A stretch of DNA of 64,000 nt from Azolla caroliniana (lineage: Eukaryota; Plantae; Polypodiophyta). Positions within the stretch are counted from its first letter, which is position 1. Each line of letters starts with the position of its first letter. Positions 57,612 to 64,000 of the stretch are shown one piece after another. The stretch spans positions 434,001 to 498,000 of the forward strand of contig JBHGNT010000011.1 in NCBI GenBank assembly GCA_043228905.1, in the 5' to 3' direction. Position numbers and translations under genes: made by a program. Under the pieces are notes generated by a model. That model had not been told where the DNA came from, made no database searches, and worked only from the letters and a program-made list of their open reading frames with translations.

Positions 57612-60014
57612 CTGGAACCCCTTCACCACGATCCTGGCTTTGGTTCTCGGGGGGTTGCCGGCATCTCCCGGTTTCAACTTGTACACCCACTTGTTTCGGA
57701 GTTCCCGCTTTCCTTTCGACAACTCCACCAATTCGTACGTATGGTTCTCATGTAGGGAATCCATCTCATCCTGCATGGCACTTAACCATTTTCGGTTGTG
57801 GGTGTCTTCCTTCACTTCTTCGAAGCTTTCCAGCTCCCCCTCATCGGTCAGCAGAACATGCTCTGCATCCGGAAATCTCCGGGGGGCCCTTCTCTCTCTG
57901 AAAGGATATCTCCGTCTTCGGGCTTCGGTAACCGGGTCCTCCATTTTCTCTTCATCCGAATCCGATTCGGGGTCTTGACCGGTTCCGGTCTCAGTTTCCT
58001 CTACTTCTTCTTCTGCCGGTTTGGTATCCTTACCGTAACCGGCTGGTTCCTCGAGTGCTAACCGGTCTCTTGCCAGTTGGGTCTGCTCATCGTATAGTCT
58101 ATCCTTACCGGTCGACTCGGAGTTCATTATCTTCTTCTCCGACTCCCAGTCGGCGAGCGTCTTGTCTTCCATGAAGATAATATCTCGACTCCGGAATACC
58201 TTCTTGTCGACCGGGTCCCACACTCGGTAGCCGAACTCATCGTCACCGTAACCGAGGAATATGCATGGCCGGGTCTTTGGATCTAACTTTCCTCTCCGGT
58301 CCTTTGCTACATGCACGTACGCAAGACACCCGAACACCCTCAGATGCCGGTAGGACACTTCCTTACCGGTCCATACTCTCTGTGGCGTGTCTCCGTCCAA
58401 GGGTACTGAGGGTGATCTGTTTATCACATATGTCGTCATCGACAGTGCCTCAGCCCAAAACTTCTTGGGTAGTTTTGCATGCGCTAGCATACTCCGGACC
58501 CTCTCCATTATGGTCTGGTTCATCCTCTCAGCCAGTCCGTTTAGTTCCGGCGTCTTCGGCACGGTAAATTCGAGCCGGATTCCCTTCAAGAGGCAGTACT
58601 CCTCGAACTGCCCCCGGTACTCTCCTCCGTTATCTGCTCGAACCGCCTTCAGCTTCCGGCCGGTTTCTCTTTCCACTCTCGCGTGGAGCTCTTTGAAGAC
58701 GGATAACACCTGATCCTTCGTCTTCAACGATGTGGCCCACAGCTTCCGGTTGTGGTCATCTATGAACGTCACGAAGTACTGCGCTCCGGCATGTGACTTC
58801 GTGTCTACCTGACACACATCTGTAAGCACCAACTCCAGTGGTGCATTACGTCTCATCGGTGGCCTTGGTCGGAAGGAGGTTCGGTTCTGCTTACCGGCCA
58901 GACAATCAGTGCACTTCTCTAAGTGCACGTTCTTCACTGGAATGAGGTTGTCGTCTGCAAGCCTCTTCATCCCCTTCTCACTCATGTGACACAGCCTCTT
59001 GTGCCACAGCTCACTGGCAGGGTCGGATGCCACGTTCACTTCTTCCGGACATAACCAAGCATTCATCAGGTACAGTGTGTTTACCTTCCGAGCCCGAGCC
59101 ACAATCAGGCTCCCTTTGGTGAACTTCATGACACTGTTCCGGATGCTACCCGTGTAGCCTTCATCATCTAGCCGACCGGCTGATATCAGGTTCAGACGAA
59201 CTTCCGGAGCGTGTCGGACATCCTTCAGCAGCAACTTGCATCCGGTTGGTGTTGTCAGCCACACGTCTCCTATGCCGACAATTCGGCATATACCTTCATT
59301 CCCCATCCGGACACAGCCGTGGTCACCGGCTGAGTAGGATGCGAAGCATTTCCGGTCCGGGGTAAGGTGGAATGATGCTCCGGAGTCTACCACCCAGGTC
59401 ATCTCGTCGCCGGCAAGGTTTATCTCACTCTCCTCGATGATGAGCATCAACTCTTATTCACTTGCCGCGATTGCCGTCGTTCCCTTCCGGTCCGGGCCAC
59501 TTTGTTCTTTACCGTTCCGGTTCAGGGTTTGCTTCGAATCGGTACCGTCGGTTTCCTTGTCTTTACGGAAATGCCGACAGTTCTTTTGGAAGTGTCCCGG
59601 CTTGCCGCAATAGAAGCAAGTAGGCCTTCCCCTTGACTTTGATCGTGTCCCCGACTTCTCCCGGTTCTGGGGACTATGGTTTCTATGTCTTCCGCGTTCC
59701 GATTCGGTAAGGAGCGCTTTGCAATCGGAGCTCGTATCTTTGTCTTTCCGAAGCGCCTCCTCATCTAGCAAGCTCGACTTTACTCTTGCTAGGGATAACG
59801 GCTTTCCTTCCGGCCCGGCGTTGCCCAAAGTGACAACCGATGTCTCCCAACTATCCGGGAGGGAACCGAGCAGGAGTAGCGCAAGTACCTCATCGGAGAG
59901 AGGTACTTCCAATGAAGTTGCCTGGTGGATCAGCCCCTAGAAGGCATTCATGTGCTCCGCCATGCTGGAGCCATCTTGGTACCGGAGTCTTACTAGCCAT
60001 CTTGATTCGTCCAT
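57612..60014 (-). pseudogene. C1 gag-PR-INT portion (RT/RH continue at 51395-52164 and 47333-47867)
   Basis: ORFs 59454..59912 and 57261..59450 (the latter reads on into the C2 LTR); gag deletion near 60000. Confidence 0.9.
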
Positions 60015-60327
60015 TTTCTGTGTCGATTTCGCTCTGATACCACTTGACGGGAACCCAACGTTCCTTATGTGCGACGCTCGGCCACAACCAAGCGTAGAAT
60101 GATACACAGAAAACGGGAAGTAAAACACGACACAAAGGAGAGGAAGATATACACACACTACACAGGAGGTTTACGTGGAAAACCCCAAACTAGGGGAAAA
60201 ACCACGGCAGTCCACAGGCTGCAAACTGTCACTATGTAAGAATGTACAAAACAGTGAGTCCACAGAGGCAACGACCTCGTGCTCACGATCTTCGCCACAG
60301 GCGGCGGTTACAACAGAGGCAATGACC

Positions 60328-60367
<40 letters not shown>

Positions 60368-60668
60368 CAGTTACACACTCTTATTTCATGCAAGACAGAA
60401 ATTGACAACAACATCCTAAAAGTTTGCCCTAAGTCATATTTATACTAATATGAATTTTCGGCTATTTACAAATATAGCCTCGATGGGCTCTCATAAACAT
60501 ATTTACGAATATGTCTCTTCCTCCGGTTCTCACCGGTTCTGCACCATCCGGTTCTCCGTAGCCGGGTACTCCTCATCTGGTTCACACCGGGCCCGCCTCG
60601 GCCGAGTTTGTTCGTCGGCACTGTTCTTCTCCCTTCCCATCCGGAGGGACCTATCTCTCAACAGTACC

Positions 60669-63600
60669 GTCTTTGTGCCACTAGTTTTGCGTCCTTGCTC
60701 AAGTGAATCTAATGCTGGTATAACTAAGGGTCGAGTCCTCGCATGTCTTCGTATGACCAGGCGAACACGTCACGAAATTCCGTGAGAAGGGTCATCATCG
60801 CCGTTTTGTCTTCGGACTTCATGTCCTTGGCGATGTGCACCGGTTTTGCTTCGTCCGTAGTCCCGAGGTTCACCTCTTCAAGTTGCGACGCTTTTACGCG
60901 CTGTAAAACGGCCATTTCCCGTTCCAACGCTTCCTGCGCTCGCCGTAACTCTCGGATTGCGTCTTTATCCGGTTCTGCTTCAGTCTCTTCCAACTGTGGT
61001 AAGTACGGTGCTACTGCTTCGGCAACGTCAATTTTGAAGAGAGGTACGATGTTCGGGTTTTCTTGCAAGTAATGAGCTTCTTCCTCGTCAGCTAACCCTT
61101 CTAGCATGTTGACGCACTCTACATACAACGGTGTACATTCCTTGCCAGTGCTCGTCCTTGGCTATGTTGGTACCGGTACCTTGGCTTTTCCTCGCCGGAA
61201 GGTAATTATATTTTTCCTCCAATTCTGTTTGATATGTGCCGTTTCCAACCACGGCCACCCCAGCAATAGCGGGTATGCGCCTTGTGCCTATAATTGTAGC
61301 ACTACTGCCGAGATGTGAAATGTATGACTGCCAACGGTGACTTCCAATTTTCATACCAATCCTGTCGGCCGCACTGAGCTTGTATTGGCCATCCGTAACA
61401 AGAACGGACATGGCTCCCACTCGTGGATTCCCAGGGCATCACACGTCCGGAGGCTTATTACATTCACACCGGAGCCTCCGTCTATAACTGTGCCGGGGAG
61501 TTCTTTCCCTTTTACAATGGCAGTGATTACCGGACTGTTGGTGTCTACCACCGTTAGTCCCTCCTCCGGATTTGAGAAGAGTACCGGTGCCGGTGATGAT
61601 TCTCCTGCCGTCATGGCCATCTTCAGTCCTTCCGTGAATCTTGGAACGAGCTGTAGGAGTCTTCCTAGTGGCAGCATAATCTGGCATTCTTGCAATGCTA
61701 GCCATGTCTCGTTTTCGGATTGACTACCGCCGACAAGCCCTACGGTATTCTCCTTTTGCCGCTGTAAATCTGTGACATTTTGCTCGTTTGCTTTTTTCAC
61801 CCATTCCGTCTCTTGCTTCTGGATGGTCTCCTGCGTCTCCCATTCCTTGGCCATGCCCTTCGACCTTGTGGTCATCTGTTGCAGATCTGCCACTTCAGGG
61901 ACTACCATATTTACTGCCAGTCGTTTGTCGCTCTTCGCCAGGCATTGATTACTATAATGGCCTTCCTGTCGGCAGTAGTAGCAGTAGGCTTTCCGGGTAT
62001 TGCTGGATTCGGCATTGTCTGTTGTACCCGAGGCAGGTCCCGTGGTAAGCGCGGGGTTTTGGGCCGGTTGGCTGCTTGAAGCTCCTTGTTCTGGATCCCG
62101 TGGGTAGCCGCCTTTTATGAAATGCCATTTTTTGTTATAGTTCTTCTTATTGTGGTACTCTTGACGAGGTTGGTCGTTATATCTGCCATATTCCTCCCGT
62201 TGCTGACGATATCCGGGGGAGTGCTCCCGGTCGTAATGTTCGTATCGTCTATTGTAATCCCGGTACCGATTATATCTATCATGTCGGTCGTAGTTATCCC
62301 GCCGATCACCGTACCGGACATCATTCTCCCGTTGATTGCCGTAGTTATCCTGTGCTGGTCGGTCACGGTCCATTCGCCGCCAGCGTTCCTCTTCTTCATC
62401 CCGGCTGCTACGTGGCTCTATTTGTCGGACGGGCGGTGCTTGCTGGTTCAATAGATTATACTCGCACCTATCCATCGTATGGCCCTTGGATGGACAAATT
62501 ACACATTGCGTCCTCATAGTGCATTCTAGTGCCGAGTGTCCGGAATTCAAGTAGGTTGTGCACTGTATTGCTTGCTGAAACCGGAGGTCTTCATCGGACG
62601 GTAACGCCCGTTCGAGTGCTCATAGTGTGAGCCAGGAGCTTGTCTTTTCCATCTCTCTCACCCGGTCAATGACCTGGTCGATGGTACTTGTGCGGAAGTC
62701 AATTACTGTGCAAACTGTGCGTATGGGTTCTCGGAGCGCATTTAGGAATATAGTCCGTAATTCCTCCTCCGGGGCTGCGCGGGCAAGCTGACTATGCATC
62801 CGTTGAAACCGGATGACAAACTGGGGAATGCTCTCCCCTGCCTCCTATCGGATGGTATAAAATAAGCCTACCATTACTGTCTGGTCCACCTCCTTTTGGA
62901 AAAAATGCAAGAATTTAGCTTTTAAATCTACGAAGGTGGTGATGGTAGACGGGTCCTGCGTCCGGCGCCATCTCACTGCCGGTCCCTCCAATGTGACGCC
63001 AAATTCTGCTATCTTAGAGCATTCCTCTTCTTCTGAGGTCAATCGCTAGGACACATGGTTTGCTTCCCATGTCTATTCAAAGTCGTGAACATGAGCTTCC
63101 GCGTCCGGATCATCTCTATACTTGGAGTACTGGAATGACATGTCGTCGTCCAGTATCGGTGCGCGGGCTGGCGGTGTTGGTGGTCATTCTTGGTTTTTCT
63201 CCGGCGTCGGTGGTCTTTCCTCTTCTTTTGGTGATAGAGGCCTCTCCTCCTCGACTTTCGGTGTTGGAGGTCGCTCTTCCTCTGCTGGTTCGGGAGGTTC
63301 CAGCCTTAGCAATTCCGGTTCCGGTGTCGGTAAGGTGTCCGATCCTTCATCCTCCGGTTCGCCCAGGGTTTCGTTGCTACTACGGTAGTTCGTGTGCACG
63401 TTGTATTCCCCTTCGGAATCCGATTCATATATTGAAAAGGCTTCTGCTTCGCCTTCTCCGCTTGCCAACGCCTGGAGAAGGGATTCGGTTTCCCGGAGGC
63501 TGTTTAGGCTGCTGCCGTCGTCCAGGTGCGATGTTTGCTGTAACCAGAGGGACTCCTCTGCCACTCTCCGGATTACGTTGGAAAACGAGCGATCCGCTCG

Positions 63601-63720
63601 AATTTCCTGCGCCGCTTGCTGGAAAGTGTCACGTCTCCTTTGCCTTTCGGCAAGGTGTCGAGTTCGATTTGTAACCAGGTCGTGCGTTGATCTAGTCATC
63701 CATTCGTGCCGTCGTTCGCT
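60669..63720 (-). pseudogene. G2 gag-protease and RT N-terminus
   Basis: 61351..62550 (CYYCRQEGHYSNQC, VIDGGSGVN), 60724..61128, 62845..63042 and 63184..63786. Confidence 0.85.
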
Positions 63721-63734
63721 GCAAAAACAAGAAT

Positions 63735-63745
63735 TGTGGTCGCCA
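63735..63745 (-). promoter_or_regulatory. G2 PBS complementary to tRNA-Arg (TGGCGACCACA)
   Basis: Plus strand TGTGGTCGCCA, 7 nt from the LTR. Confidence 0.7.
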
Positions 63746-63752
63746 AAAACTG

Positions 63753-64000
63753 TGTAAACTCTTAGGGTCGGACAATGGCCTAACACAGGGTGTCTACGGA
63801 AGACACTTCACCAAAGGGGTGTTACGGCAAGAGGAGTAGGCTCAACGATTAATCCGACTTAATTAGGTTACTTAGCAAGATCGTCCTTAATAATCACACG
63901 CGTAAGATATAACAATGAATGCAGAACGGCAATTAACACAGAGATAAAAAAACGCTAATCTTTATTAATTAACCGCTTCTCATTACATTGTATCCGGGCC
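63753..64000 (-). repeat. G2 5' LTR (partial)
   Basis: Repeat of 40272 to about 40520. Confidence 0.92.

Larger units (their letters stand above)
46527..60663 (-). mobile_element. Tnt1/Tork-like Copia C1, interrupted by elements D and C2
   Basis: LTRs 46527-47323 and 60045-60663; TSD GTACC (46522-46526 and 60664-60668); PBS-iMet 60031-60042; PPT 47324-47336. Confidence 0.95.
40272..64000 (-). mobile_element. Athila/Tat-like Ty3/Gypsy G2 with extra 3' ORF; interrupted by Copia C1; 5' LTR continues past the window
   Basis: LTR copies start at 40272 (TGTTAACTCTTAGGG) and 63753 (TGTAAACTCTTAGGG); tRNA-Arg PBS 63735-63745; gag-PR-RT-RH-INT order. Confidence 0.92.

Noticed and set aside
57261-59450. 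729-aa ORF with a novel-looking C-terminus
   Set aside because: Chimera of C1 pol reading into the antisense C2 LTR; 45727..46638 is likewise a C1 LTR/G2 RT junction artefact.

Overview
Eukaryotic, plant-type heterochromatin. The element types suggest a bryophyte or other non-seed plant, but this is inference. About 90% of the window is a nested stack of LTR retrotransposons whose boundaries I resolved by eye from LTR pairs, PBS/PPT sites and target-site duplications (TSDs). Nest 1: an Athila/Tat-like Ty3/Gypsy (G1) is split by a tRNA-Trp-primed gag-only element (A, 3311-27820). A holds two Copia copies (B1, B2), two copies of a Tcn1/Tf1-like chromovirus and a solo LTR. Nest 2: an Athila/Tat-like Gypsy with an extra 3' ORF (G2, 40272 to beyond the window) is split by a Tnt1/Tork-like Copia (C1). 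C1 holds a second gag-only tRNA-Trp element (D) and a very young, intact Copia (C2). The one non-retroelement coding sequence (about 36461-40040, minus strand) is a decayed gene with four GT-AG introns. It encodes a ParB/Srx-like domain fused to a prokaryote-type beta-class DNA amino-methyltransferase (DIPY...NPYQKP...DLFSGT), and it is the most unusual feature here. Other notable signals: the chromovirus has an 11-nt self-priming PBS, a -1 frameshift cassette and heat-shock elements; two unrelated families carry tRNA-like Pol III A/B boxes inside their LTRs; and G2 has a copy of a tRNA-Arg 3' end near where its PPT should be. No CRISPR array, rRNA gene or intact tRNA gene was found. All family assignments come from motif recognition, not database searches.
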